DNA of 64,000 nucleotides from Raillietiella orientalis (Eukaryota): NCBI GenBank assembly GCA_036172245.1, contig JAYWIR010000003.1, positions 6,200,001 to 6,264,000 of the forward strand, read 5' to 3'. Shown piece by piece: positions 37,761 to 50,899 of this stretch (position 1 is its first letter; each line of letters starts with the position of its first letter). The notes under the pieces were generated by a model. It saw only the letters and a program-made list of their open reading frames with translations, ran no database searches and was not told where the DNA came from. The position numbers and the translations under genes were made by a program.

Positions 37761-40700
37761 CGCCACCCAAACTGCAAACCAACGGAGAAGAAATAGCCTG
37801 AGGAGTATTTATCTTGGAGATTTATTCTTTCCCTTGCTGTAGTTGCTGATATGATACTCGCGATTACCATTAAATCTTAGGAAGCTGGACAAGTGTGAGG
37901 TGAACTCCCACTCTTCCTCTCATTTGACGCCCCATTATACGAACGATACGAATCTTTGGCTTTCTCATCCAGAGACTTCCTTCTGTCCATATCATCCATT
38001 CACTGCGCGTGAGTCTTTCTCGTTGGTCCTACCGGGAACCTGAATAAGCCCTATTAGGTGTGCATTTCAAAGGTGTTCCAGTCAAAAAAAGCACCAGTAC
38101 GCTTTCAGACACTTGTGTGGTCAGAAACAGAAGTGAAACTCAAGGGAAGATGGAGTTGACGCAGAGCTTGGGGATGCTGCACGTATTCACGGTCTGAAGA
38201 GTTTTTATTATCATTTTTTTAAGGGTCTTCTCTAAAACGAACCGTCAGAACTCGGGAAGAAACGCAAGTCGCCAAAGGAGGCATTTCCAGCGGAAGAGAT
38301 GCGGAAAGGACGAAACACAAACTCTGCAGATGCATCCTCCTCGAAGGATTGCCGGTCTCCTCTGGGAACTGAGTGGCGTGCCGAGGAAGGGAAGAACATG
38401 GAAAGTAGGCGGAGACCGACGGCAGCTCCATGGGAAATGCTGAGACTCCGCGAAACGGTTCTTCAGGCGCACTAAGCTCAGCAAAGTGTTCTTGGTATGG
38501 TTCTTGGTATGGTCTCTGCTCCTCCTTTCGCATCGAACATGAGAACTGCAAGCCGGAGATCCTCCCAGTTCCGAAGGCGAGGTCCCAATATGATCCGGAG
38601 CACGGACTCGTGGGAATTTCGACCCGGGAGGGTGGTCTTCTCCTTCGCCGTCGGGGGAACCGAGGGCTCTGATGGACAGAGGCTGGTTGTCCGCAGGCAG
38701 TGCTTCTCGAGTGTGACGTTTCAGCGACGAATAATTCCGATAATTCCGGCATCGGATGCCTCGATCCATTCCCAGTCCTGTCTCGAAGCACTGAGAGGAT
38801 GAGGATGCCACTGCTTTCGTCCGCCCAGAGCAGGCATCGAAGAGAAACTCGGATTTAGGGTTCCCCAGGCGATGGGGGTTCAGGTGTCCTCTCCTGCACG
38901 GCTTGCTGCGGGGCAAGACAATAAAATAAAATAAAAACAAAGGAAACGACGAGATGCTCAAGGAGGAATTGCGCTGTCTTTTCCCGCGGGTCCCTATTTG
39001 GAGGAGCACCGTCTTCAGCGCAGCCCAGAGGCACCTTCCTTTTCCAGCTCTCTTCCTGACTCCTTTTCCTCTTTTCCTCCCCTTCTCTCTCACGTTCCTT
39101 CATCGCCAGGTGTCCCCTCAGGAGGGGGCAGTTTCCTGGCCAACCGCATCGCGTCAGTGTGATCCAAGCTACCTCGGAGGTCCCACCGCACCATCGCGCG
39201 GGGGCGCATTCTTCCGTGACGTCAGATTTTCGGATTTCATTGCGATGGAAAAGCGCTGATCGCTCCGATGGACCTGCGCCGGCGGTGCGGAGGAGGGTGC
39301 TCCAGGTGCCCTGAGTTACGATTTCAGGCGGCTGCTGGGGCGCGCTCTCGCAATCCGAGGGATGTTCACCTCCTCATTTCGGGCTCGGCTCGCGTCGACC
39401 CAGCCCTATGGAGGGACGAGTTGCCCTTCGTCTGCAGGCTTGGAATTTTGAACGAGCCTTTTTTGATTGGCTGTCCATCACGCCTTGAGTACGATCTCTT
39501 GTTTTGTTCTTTGGGGACGGCGCATCGATGCTTCTGGGGAGTCTCGAGTAGGCACCCTTGTAAAAGATTCCCAGGTTAAAGCCTGTGAAGGGTGAGCTCC
39601 TCCTGAAGATGGTACATACTGCTAACTGCTTCCAGAGGACTTGAGCGACGGAGGCCAACCTGGGGATCTCTTCGAGTTGCGTTCATCCGAGCATCTTTCT
39701 GATATTTTCCAGGAACTCGCACCAAAGATTGGCAGGTGAAGCCTCCAGAGTTACTCTGCGCAAGCGCGTCCCATCGCGCTCGCTACTTTCCCCTTGCGAG
39801 GTTTCTTTCGGTTTCCGTGCCCTCCGGGTTCCTGGAGGCCCAACGCTTCACTTCCCTCACTTCCGGGACGGACCACCACGCAACGCGCCTCCTTCCCGGC
39901 GGCGAACGGGAAATCTGGAGGGAAGGAGCATTCCCGTCGTCGTCCTGCTCCGGTTAGGTGGCTCCTCTCTTGCGCCTTTTGCGTGGGTGATCCGCGTGCG
40001 CTCGGGAAGGCACGCGCCCGAGTCCTGCGGCGGTGGCTGAGCACCTTCGAGGGGGGAGGACGCAGGCTGAAAGAGCCGCCCACTCCTTCCGTAGGAGCTT
40101 TTGCGGTCCGGGAATCTCCAGTTTTTCGGTCTCTCCCCCCACCCCCCCCTTCTTCTTCCAGGGTCAGCCGCCTTGCGATGGCTTCTCCCACGTGTTCCTC
40201 CTACAGCATGCCGTGAACATGACGCATCGTTTTAGCAGGAATTCTGCTTGCAAACAAATGTCTTCCCCGAAGGCGAGGTGTTCGCCGTCCCGTGTTTTGA
40301 GAGAGAACGTGTTTGGGTACACAACCGGGTTCCGCGGTTTCATCCTGGGATCTCTTCCATTCCAGCCGGGATGAGCCGATGCTTGGGCAGCTTCAACAGG
40401 GATCCCAAAATACGCAAAACCGTGCGTGGGGGACAGGGAGGGGGGAGGGGGAAACGAAAAAAGGGAGGGGATGCACTTCACGTTTTATGTGCTTGGAGTG
40501 CGCGCGACACAATGTACGCGTCATGCGTGTTTATTAATCGCAACTTTCGCCATGTCATTCGACTCGCGCGCTTTGCCGTGATGCATGAGGAGTCCCCCTC
40601 TCCCCTCCCCTTCCCTCCCCCACTGCCGCAAGCTCGGCTAGGTGGCCGCACATCCCACGAGGGGCCGACGTCGGGACGCCTGCTGTCCGGGTCGGGTCCG

Positions 40701-41880
40701 ACATGCATCCGCTTGGAAGGATCTTCGAGACGTCGCGTGGGATGGATCTCTCGCCGTCCGTCGCCTTCCAGGCGACCGATTGTCTCCCTGCTGAGAACCT
40801 GGGATTCGCTCCCCCCCTCCCCTCCCTCCCTTCCTCGCCAGTCGGTCGGAGGAGCGACGCAGCCCGGATTTCCCCACTTCCTCTTGCCGCCGTCTCTCAT
40901 ACGAGAATCCTTCAGGATCAAGAGGGAGGAGTGATGACCCGCAGGCATGGCGCGTTGCCATGAGACTGATTTGTTGCTGATCTGTCTGAAAATGGCGGGA
41001 GAGTGCGCGCGCGTCTGTCCCCCCCTTCGACGTGATCGCATTCATTCGACCCAGACGTGTGGGTCCGGGGGGAGGTGTGCGTGGTGGTCTGTCTCCCAGG
41101 CGTGGTGCCCCGGACGTGCGCACCTTGGACGGACTGCGTCGGGATCCACTTCTTCCCCGTAGGAATCTTGTTCTTCCCTGTTCGGAAGGAACCCTCCCGG
41201 ATGGAGCTCTCCTCCGCATCCAGCGCCTCTGCACCCAGGATTCCCTTTCCCCGCAAGGGTCGCCCCCGCTCTAGCCTTCAGGTCGCCGGTTCCGCGTCCC
41301 TCTTCGAGCTTTTCGCAGTTTCAGGAACCCTTCCAAAGGTTCCCTGCCTTGCTCTGACGCGACGGCACAGTTCGGCGATGTCCTGAAGAGTCCTGCAGGA
41401 GGCACCGCGGGAATGCCCTCTCCGCGAAACTTCCGGAAGCTGCCGATCCCGTTTTCGGCGCTCGCGTAATTGGGCAATCGTGAGGCCGACGAAAGTGGCC
41501 GCCGCGCCCTAGAAACCTTCACTCGGAAGAAAGTGAGGGAGGGGGAAACGGGGAGAAAAAAAAAGAAGGAAGGGAGAAAGGGGGGAGGGGGGAACAACAA
41601 CAACGCCATCTTTCCGAGATCGCTCGCATCCTTCCGCGATCCTCGGACGCGGGCCCATGAAATGAGTAACAACACCTCCGCCTGTTCACGGCTGCTTTAT
41701 ACAAATCAGGAGAAGCATCTGAGTATTCGAAGGTACAGAGTCGCCGGTGGCCCGTGTGACCACGACTTCCGACGACGAAGCTTTGCCGGCGTTTCGGCGG
41801 CCTCGTTCGCTGGGGCGGAAAACTCGCGAGGTGTGTTCTTTGTTGGCGCCGACGCCGCGCCGGGTAGCGGTGCCCGGGGT

Positions 41881-41886
41881 CGCCGC

Positions 41887-41918
<32 letters not shown>

Positions 41919-41929
41919 GAGGAGGAGGA
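41881..41929. repeat. Compound trinucleotide repeat (CGC)n(CGT)n(GGA)n just downstream of the gene B stop codon
   Basis: Directly visible tandem triplets. Confidence 0.9.
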
Positions 41930-41992
41930 AGGGGGCGGGTGAGGTCGAGGATCTCATCGCTTCCGTTTTCCACCGGGGGGCCGCGCCCCCTT

Positions 41993-42277
41993 TCACACCC
42001 TGGACTCCTTGGGAGGGTCGGTGACGTAGGTCAGCTCGTTCAGGTAGAACCACTTCTCCGAGTCCTCGCAGTTGAAGTTCTGCATCCAGTCGCAGACCCG
42101 GAAGCGCTGGTTGAAACCCGTCTCGTTGCTGCCGCACATGTAGGGGATCCTCCTGCCGTCCTCGTCACACATGTGGAAGATCATGCAGTGGTACTCCTGG
42201 TCGGCGTAGAAGCCGACCGCCCTCTCCGCGCAGTCGAAGGTGAAAGTGACGTTCGGGAATTCCTCCCATCTTTTGAT
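41993..42277 (-). CDS. Gene B last exon, complete CBM14 domain (spliced product 119 aa)
   Basis: Acceptor GCCGCAG|ATC. Translates IKRWEEFPNVTFTFDCAERAVGFYADQEYHCMIFHMC...YMCGSNETGFNQRFRVCDWMQNFNCEDSEKWFYLNE...*, with six Cys in CBM14 spacing. Confidence 0.93.
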   Translation of the reverse strand: MKRWEEFPNVTFTFDCAERAVGFYADQEYHCMIFHMCDEDGRRIPYMCGSNETGFNQRFRVCDWMQNFNCEDSEKWFYLNELTYVTDPPKESRV

Positions 42278-42414
42278 CTGCGGCGAAAGAATGCGGTGAA
42301 AGCCGTTGGCGTCGGCAGCGGCTCGCGGCTCTGTCATCCCCTCCCCCCCCCCGCCCCCGAGACATGTGAAAAAGATTAAAAAAAAAAAAAAAAAGAAAAA
42401 AGCAGTGAACTCAC

Positions 42415-42452
42415 CCTGCTCAGCGTGGGTTTGCCGTACACGTAAGAAAGAG
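42415..42452 (-). CDS. Gene B 38-nt micro-exon
   Basis: Acceptor TTTTCAG and donor AGG|GTGAGT. Phase 1 in and phase 0 out gives (A)LSYVYGKPTLSR, joining both neighbouring exons in frame. Confidence 0.82.
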
Positions 42453-43088
42453 CTGAAAATCGAAAGAGTCAAAATTAGAGGCGGAAGCAACTGATCTTGG
42501 GATTCCGCCTCTCCGATTGCGTGTTACCTGGAGACCGGGTGCGGTCGGGGTCGACCGGCCGGCGGCGACACGGGCATTCGGGTGGCACTTGGCATGCGGA
42601 CCATCTGAAAGCACCGGAGACACCCGAGACACCCGGGCGGTCCGGATTTCGGTAGGGGAGGGGCGAGGGGGGTCGTGGTGGGCCGCGCGCGTCGTTCCTA
42701 GACCCCTACTTTCCCTCTCGGGAGACTCCGCGACGGGGAAGAGGGAGAAGGCTGGGAGCTGAGAGCACTTCCGCGGCCGCAGCTCTCGTCCGTGGTCCGT
42801 GGACGTGGACCGCCGCCTCTGGTCGCGCGCACTGAGACTCCGGAGGGAGAAGTGCGGAAGAGGAGACCCCACGGCTCCTCCCGAGAAAGGGAGGTCCCGT
42901 CTTTCACGGAGGAGGCCGAGCGACCGTCCTCGACGAGGGGGTCGGGCGCGGCGAGGGAGCGTCCCGTCGTTCCCGGCCGAGCGTCTCCGGATTCGGAGCT
43001 TCCAGGAGACTCCCGGCCGGCGCGTGGAGGGGGAGGAGGGCAGGGATGCGCTCACGCGCGCGCGGAGGAGGCCGGGAACGATACTGAC

Positions 43089-43125
43089 CTAGCAACGCGG
43101 CGACGACGGCGAAGCATCTCCACAT
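43089..43125 (-). CDS. Gene B first coding exon (signal peptide)
   Basis: CAG|ATG at 43125 gives MWRCFAVVAALL plus 1 nt. Donor TAG|GTCAGT at 43088, phase 1. Confidence 0.82.
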
Positions 43126-44003
43126 CTGGATTGCGGCACCCGTCGAGTATCCCATGGAGATCGATGCGCAGACGCGTGCTCACACTCGACGTCTGGAATA
43201 CAGCCGCTTGGGTCAGCTCCCCTCGTCCAGGAGTTCCGCTGGGGTGCAAGGGGGACAGCGCGGCGCCGAAGACAGCCCCGGTGGTCCCTCCGATCCGGCG
43301 GTGTTCGCCCGGTCACTCGCGACGCCACTTCTCAAGGTCAGCCCGACTTTAAACACAGGCTGTCGTCCACCGGGAGGAGCAGAAGCGGGAGGAGGAGGAG
43401 GGAGGGGGTGGTGGAAGAGAAGCCAATTAATCGGCGACGAGGAGGCTGCATCATCATCCTCGGCTGCGATCGATCGTTAACTTTCACCCGGAAGCCGACC
43501 TCCACATTCCATTGCCCAACTGCCGAGAGACCCGACGGCGGCGACAACCCGCTCGACCGCCGCCGCGACTGTTCTCGCGAGACGGGCGAGGAAGAAACGC
43601 CGGCGGGAGAGGCGGGCGGGCGGGGGGGCTCTCAAGGACAGACGCGCGTGCGCCTTCGGCCGGATCCGCGCGCTCTGCGAGACGCTTCCTCGAGACGGCG
43701 GTCCGGTCACGTGGCGCTTCCCGGGAGATGGGGAGGGACGGACGAGCGGCGGGCGGCGACGCCTGGCGATCCCCCTGAGCGCACGCGCGCGCCCGCGGGG
43801 ACGACGGGCGACCTGACGGAAGGAAGGGGGGGGGTAGCTGGATGGGGAAGGCAGGCGCGCGCGACCGGGCTCGGGCGCAAAGGGCAGCGAGCGGCGGCGG
43901 CGGCGGCGGCGGGTCGCAGCGGAGGTGCACAGCCGCAGGCGCCCGGGAAAATCTTCCACAGATCCACCCCGGCGGTACCCAGGGCAACACCCACAGAACT
44001 CAC

Positions 44004-44071
44004 CTGATGTAAAGGGCGGTGGTTTATTGAGGTGATTCGACACTCACCAAAGGCAACTTCTGCTTATATAG
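44004..44071 (-). promoter_or_regulatory. Putative TATA box and short non-coding first exon of gene B
   Basis: CTATATAAG on the minus strand at about 44063-44071, implying a start site near 44035-44040. A strong donor CAG|GTGAGT at 44003 could splice to the CAG immediately before the ATG at 43125. Confidence 0.55.
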
Positions 44072-46750
44072 CGGGCGTCTTTTGGGAGAAGGAGAAATGG
44101 ATGTAAAAGTTGTTCCTCGCCAAGGTCAACCTCACGGATGCTCAGCTTTTCACGATGTCAGGAGAGTTTTTGACGTGCTGGTCGTGTGGAAAACCGGCTC
44201 CAAAGGATCAATCAAAACCTCAGAGCGTTTTCTCTGCGAGAGCCATTGGCTGGAGGAGATCTTTCTCGGAAGGAACGAAGACGGAGAGCGCGTTGCCGGT
44301 CCGTCGCCGCAGGGCAAGCGAAGGATTCAGTGTCCTCCACAGCGCAGTTGCCGTTTCGAGGAAGAAGCGGCTTTGTGAATCCGCCTGGAACTTCCGAGAG
44401 ATCTTCGCATTCTTTCGAGCTCGGCGCCTGCGCGAGAAGCGCCGAGGCGGCGTCTTGGAATTCTTGCTGATCGAAAAGGGAGAGGAAGAAGAAAAAGAAG
44501 GCTGAGTTCTGATTTGCAAGAGGAGTTCCTGGAAGATTTCAGATCGAGTTTTCTTCAGACGAAGCGCTTCCCATCCCTCGGCGCTCACTTCCGCTATCGG
44601 TATCCAATCCGATTGCCGCAGCAGCCACAAATCAAGCGACCGGATGCACTGAAGGGCACGCGCATCTTCTCCTACCGCGCGTTATCCCATGGGATCCGAT
44701 TCTCTTCTCACGGCGGCTGCCAAAATCCTTCATCGCGTCGGCGCACGTCGGTCGAGCGCCGCCATCCAGCAGAACAGGGAAATTCCTCCTGCTTCCCTGT
44801 CGGCCGCCTCGGGCCTCATCCTCCAATTTCTCGCGTTCACTTGAGATGGAAACGCATGGAGCCCCCCTCTCCCCCCTCTCGTTCATCTGCACTTTTGCGG
44901 GCCTTCGCAGGGCAGGGTCGGTTTGAGAGGGCTGCGGATTCCTCGATCGGCGGGAAGCGAAGGCTGGTGGTGGCCGTGGCCGCTGGGGACAGCTCCTCGG
45001 GCATCGGGCGGTGAGGATCCTCAGAAACGGCTTGCAGATTTTTCTTCAACCTTCCGTAGCCCAACTTCTGTTGGCTTCCGCCCTTCCTCTGCCTTCCTCT
45101 CTTAGCGGCCTTGTGGGGAGCCGAGCGAGCACGTCCGCCGCCACTCGTGCCTGGAGAAAAATGAGAGTTCCGGTTTCCAAGGAGAACGCAGGCTCGAGAT
45201 CCGAAAGCTCGGGGAAGAATAACGAAAAGGGATCTCGAACTCTTTTCGGGGATCCACGGCTGCTCGTTTCGCATGCGGCGCCGAACTTACCGCGCAGGGA
45301 TGCTGCCTCCCCGACCTCGCCTCGGTCTCTGAACCCTCGCCTCGGAATTTCGGTGCGCACCCGGGAAGCGGAAGGTGGGGCTGTGTGGAGGCGAGCAACG
45401 ACTCCTGCGGCACTACGAAGCGCCCTGATGGCAACTCTCGATCTGAGTTGCAGCTCATGACCCCCCTTGCCCTGGCAGATGGGATTCTCAACAGCTTTCC
45501 TGCTGATGTGGACTTCCCTCGGGCTGGTTGGATGGCGTTCAAGCAAGACGGGCGCTGGAGAGGAGCTGTGGCAACGGCCGCCCATGTTTTCCTTCTTCTC
45601 GCTGAGCGGGATGCTGTGATGAGAGCTCATAGAGCGCTCCTGCTTCAGGTGCGCAGGAGCTGGTGGACTCTGGAACTGCCTTCTTCATCGCATAAACCCC
45701 ATTCGTTCAGAAAATGCCCTTCGACCTTGGAGAATGGGCGCTTCTCTCCTTCCGTATAAATTATCTTGATGAGTTTTACCCAAGACAGCGATCTACGATC
45801 GATCCGAAAAACCGCTGGACCTCGGACCGGGCTTTTCCTTTTCCATTCCAATGCTAAACTGTGAAATCGGTTTCCAGGGAACCGGAATCTTCACGCCGGG
45901 GAGGATTTTTACGTTCACGGGCATGGGCGTCTCAGAACAACACGTGACACTTCAGAAATGCTTGGGGCACTCTATCGACGATCCCAACTTGATCCAGTCG
46001 TTCCCTTGCATGAGCTCGATGGCTACTGAAAGCAATGGAGGAGTCCCACCGAGTCACAGTATGCTATTTTCATGAAAGCTGGTCGTGGATCCTCATGGCT
46101 CAATCTTCCCGAAGATGGTCTTTTCGAGTTCACTGATCTTCCGTTTCCGTAACGGGCGGGCACGCCGAGATGCACGATGAACTTGGCTGCTTACTGACAC
46201 TTCCTGCTGGAGGCTGGAGCTCGCTTCTCGTGAAGTAGAGGAGATCCCGAGAAGATCGCTGAGGCTTGCCTCAAAAGCTGGAATCCAGCTAGAAAAGGCA
46301 ATGCACCAACAAAGCAAGGACTCCTGGATGTGGGAGCTGAGGATTCCTTGCGCCGTTCTTTCACAGAGGTCGCTTCCCCATCCAGTGGGCACTTTTTTGC
46401 CTTCTCGGCAGCTTAGGTGGCAGACCAAAGCCCAGCAGATGCGTCCCCAAGAATAATCGGCACATCTTTGATGCGGAACACTCAAGTAACAGTCATCCAG
46501 GAGGGCGATCCCTGATGCTTCGCTCCGTTTTCAAACCAGCGCTCGGTGGTCTAAGGGAGACTAATGGAGTTTGCAGAACTTCCACCAAACACTCTTTTCT
46601 AGAATGGCATTGGAGGAGGATGACAGCTCCAGGCAGATGCATGAGCTCAACTTTACCTGAAACAGCGGCCAACAGCGCGAATCTGCAAGATTCTTCTTGT
46701 AAGGTATTCGCGTAGCAGGCCCCAGAAAAAGATGGCCTAGCCCACGCCAC

Positions 46751-47613
46751 CTGAAGTCCTTGGCAAACCAACTGCAGCAGCTGTTTCTTTGTGTTGCATA
46801 TGGAATGAGCGCCCCTTTCTTTATGCTAGGCGACATCCCTAAGGAAACCTCCCACTCGTGACTTGGAACGATTACTTACCACTTAATGATCTGGTGAATT
46901 TCGCTCACTGTTTTCTTCTCGAGACGCAATCAGAGCTTTTCGATGGCAACTCTTTCACTCCTTCGAAAAGCTTGTCGACCAACCATCTCGAATTCCGTAC
47001 GTCATGGGAAGAGATGCCCGTTCCTGTAGCCCGCTGAACTCTCCCGAAATGGACGCAGCGTCGAGGAATCATAAATTATGGATGGAGGAGTGATTTCATT
47101 GACTTCATTACGAGCAGAAGTGGTCAGTCGCGACCACTCTGCCCTTTCTTCCTTCGATTTATTAAGAGTCGAAACTTTGCCGAAGAAATACACAAACAGC
47201 ATCATCCTTCACTGGACTTGGCTGAAGGATAGCGCGAGTAAGGACCAGGGTCTTCTTCAGAAATGAGGATGAGAAAGAAAGTAATGCACTGTTTTCAGAG
47301 AGAAAATGAGAACATGAAGCGCAGCTCAGAGGATTCACTACTTGCAGTGGTACTTGGAATTTTCGGCGACTTGATCTTTTCTTCCTAACCTCTAGCAGAT
47401 GGGTAAGAACCTGCGAACCAACTCGAACCATTTTTTCCATGCGTGTCCACGAGACCTCGGATCCGATTAAGTGGTGAGTGATCGTTCCAAGTTACGAGGG
47501 GGAGGGGGGAGGACGGTTTCCTTGGTAATCTCGCCCAGCATAAAGAAAGGGGCATCCAGTTGATATACTACACAAAGAAACAGTTGCTGCAGTTGGTTTG
47601 CCAAGGACTTCAG
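46751..47613. repeat. Inverted repeat pair (arms 46751-46887 and 47466-47613)
   Basis: CTGAAGTCCTTGGCAAACCAACTGCAGCAGCTGTTTCTTTGTG matches the reverse complement of 47571-47613 with one mismatch. Similarity continues to ACTTGGAACGAT..ACCACTTAAT. Confidence 0.9.
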
Positions 47614-50600
47614 CTCCACAGAAGCAGAGGTCTTCTGCACTGACGTCCGCACCGCTCGTGAAAGAACTCGATGGGCAGGTTGTTCGCGGCACCATTCGGA
47701 TCATTTGGAGGAACCTTGTCTTCTGTCCCTAGCGCAAGACGCATCCGTTTCCGTTGTGGCTGTCCATTCTACTGACCAGCTGCCAGCAGTAGAATGGAGC
47801 AGGAGGATGGAAGCTCCAGCGATAGCCTTGGAATCTTCGAGCTGCTCACTTGGCCTGCCAACTTTCGTTCTGCTTCACGTGTTCTCTCTTTAAACACGTA
47901 TCTCACGATTACGGTTTTTTCACTATCAGTCAGTAATGCGACTAATACCTGCTTGACTGTAATCATTTTGTTCGCAGGGTTCTCTTGCCTTCACGTTCAG
48001 CCCTGCTGGTTGTTACGGCACCGAGTACCTCCTTGAGAAAATTTCCCTGACGTTAAGGGGAAGCGAATCATCCGAGTACATTTGGAGTCGTATCCAAGTT
48101 ACGGATCCCATCGTAAATGCCATCAGTTCGTGTCTTTGGTTGCAGCAGGTGCTTTTCTTTTCTTTCCTTATTTTTTTTTTTTTTTAATTCACACGCACCG
48201 TCGCAACGACTTTGCCATCCTGCCCTCCACGTGTGCCGCGACGGCCACGAGTGGAGGAGAATCCACGAGTAGAGTTTTCGACTCGCAAAGAGAGGATGAA
48301 ATTCCTTTCTTGATGATATATGGCACGGTGGAAGCTGCAAAAATGCGTTGCATCGTAAAAATTCTTGCCATGGACACGCGTGCGATCCTCGTCTATAAAA
48401 TGCCACTGCGCTAGGGATTGAGATGAAACAATAAAGCTCAGGGAGAGCATCAGTCTCGCCATCTGATTGCGGATCCTCCAGAAGTCGGAAGCAACGGCTC
48501 AACTCTGATGCTCATCCGTCACATTTTCTTCCACTTCTTTTTTAAACTCGCTTTGAAATTGACCTGCCCTCGGGAATATGAAATATGCAGCTCTGTGCTG
48601 GGACCGAACACTGAAAGGGAAAAAGGAAATTTTCAGAGACGTCCAGAGAGCTTTCGGTCACTTTTGAGAGAAATTCAATTCCGAAGGGAGAAAGAAAAGG
48701 GGGAATCGCGCGTCGGCCCTTCGAGAAGGAGGACGGAATCAAAAGGCGGGCCGATGGAAAAGCGCCATCCGCGAAAGAGGCTGCAGCGAGCAGTAACGTA
48801 CACGAAGCAATTTCGTGCCACTCTTTCCTGGCAACTCCCAATTATCCGTGCTCATGGCAACCCGATGCAGCGCGAGTGCGTTTCAGGCAACCCAAATCAC
48901 CTTGTGTGCTCTCACTTTCGGAAATGGCAGTGAGAGGCCGGCGTGGAAATACGCCCCATCTTGATTCACCCTTTGGAGCCCCGCTATTCCTTCCTGCTTT
49001 CGGTCTTTCTCTTCGAGTGCATCCAAAAAGTCCACTTTCTTCCAATTATGCATGAAACTCGCATCGATCTCTGATGCTGAGGGGTTGCTTAGGAACAGAT
49101 GCGCGGCATTTTCCAGCTTGGAGGAGCCGCGAGCGGAACGCTTACGGATGCTTCTGGAGAGCCTTAAAAATGGGGTCGCGACTTTACAAAGGAGCAGAGT
49201 CAAGTGTCTCTCCATCTCACATCTCTCCATGTTCTTTTCCAGCCCACGCCAAAAGTCCACAGTGTGGCAGACACCTCATCGGCTGCGTCTGCTTGCCCGT
49301 CTGTGTTTATCGACGTGTTTTTCAGGAGTGCCTCCGCCCCAAATTCAAATCTCCCCAGGTTTTCCAGCGCCGATGCTCACCCTGCTCTTGGGCTCCTCAG
49401 AGTGCAGATCTGCGATTTTTCCGGATGCCGATGTGAGTGGGGAATCGCAGTCGCAGCCACTCAGATCGGTAGCAGGGTCGGTGAAGGTCTCGCCGTGCAG
49501 CTTCCTGCCAGCAACCAACCTGCAAATCGTCCCTCTGCCTCTGCAGGCTTTCCGGCTTTTGCTGAGATGAGAAAGCTTCTGTTACATGGCGCAGAATCCC
49601 GCTTTCGCTTTCGTCGGATACTCGAAGTATTTAGTAGTACAAGGTAAAAAAGAAAAAAGAGCCCTGTTTTCTGACCACGCGGAAATCTCATATGTACTTT
49701 GAAAAGAATCCGTCGATTCCGAACTGTGCGGGAAAAACAGAATGTGAATAAGGGGCCTCCCTTCTCAGCTTTCCTCAGAAGAGGGTCTGCTATTTTGGAG
49801 ACGAATTCCTGTTCGCTTCCTACTACTGAGGAGACGATGTACTCAATCAGAAAGCAACCGATCTTTTTCTAGAGAGATCCGATCCTTTTTTTCTATCACC
49901 ATGCATCAGCAGGACCACATTTTCAGTAGATCGCACGCCCCTCTGGAGATTCTCTTTCCTGTTCTCTTCCGGGACTCTGCATCCAGTTTTGCGAAAGCAT
50001 CAACCCAATCCGTTTCCATTTCCAAGCTCAGCTAGGGTGGTCGTAGGAGATGAGTCCTGGTCCCCCATTTCGTCTGGAATCGAACCCCCAATCGAAGCGT
50101 TCGTTGTCCAGATACATAGCTGGTGACCGTTTGCCCACTAGCCACAAGAAGATCAAGCTCACGATTTAAGAATGCACAGTGGCAGAAGCAACCGATATCA
50201 TCAATAAGGTTGTGACGAGATACAGCAGCTGCATCTGCTCCGAGCTTTGACATTCAGTGAATTATCTCGATAACAGATATCAGCTGACCATGAATAATGC
50301 GATTAGGTGAAACGAATCCAAGGGATTTGTGCCTTTTTTTTGAAACGTCTCACCCACGACTGAAAGTTCTTCATTATTTACTTACCGATGCGCTCCTTCA
50401 ATCCGATAGCCACTTACTTACTTCTATCACGGAGTGTCCATACACGCAAATGCAGAAATAATAAGTACATGTACGTCCATTTGCATACAGAAGCATGTGA
50501 ATACACTTCCTGTTTACTGCCTGCGTTGGTCATCATTGTGTAAAGGCGCACGCTAACTAACTGGACGATTAGATACATGACTGATGTGCGTCCGTTTTCT

Positions 50601-50899
50601 TACAACACACGGCTACACCGTGTGTTGTGTTCCCAACCAGCTGAGGGAACTTAAGCAGCCGGAAGGATTGCATGGAATACACCGAGCGCGAGGCATTCGT
50701 ATATAAGCGGATTTTGAGGATTTCTTTCCGATGGGTTGCTCACGACGTTCCGGGGGTGGCACTGCCCACCACGCTGACCACTCTGATGGCGCTCATAACG
50801 CGTTTGTGCATGCTCGTGCACAAGGAGCTGGATTCTTATTTGCTTCATTGAATCATTTCCGATTCGATTGCTTACGATATGGAACCATTCTCAGGGTGA

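Noticed and set aside
41470..42379. Plus-strand ORFs with poly-Arg or poly-Ala/Val
   Set aside because: They arise from the trinucleotide repeat and from the antisense frame of gene B.
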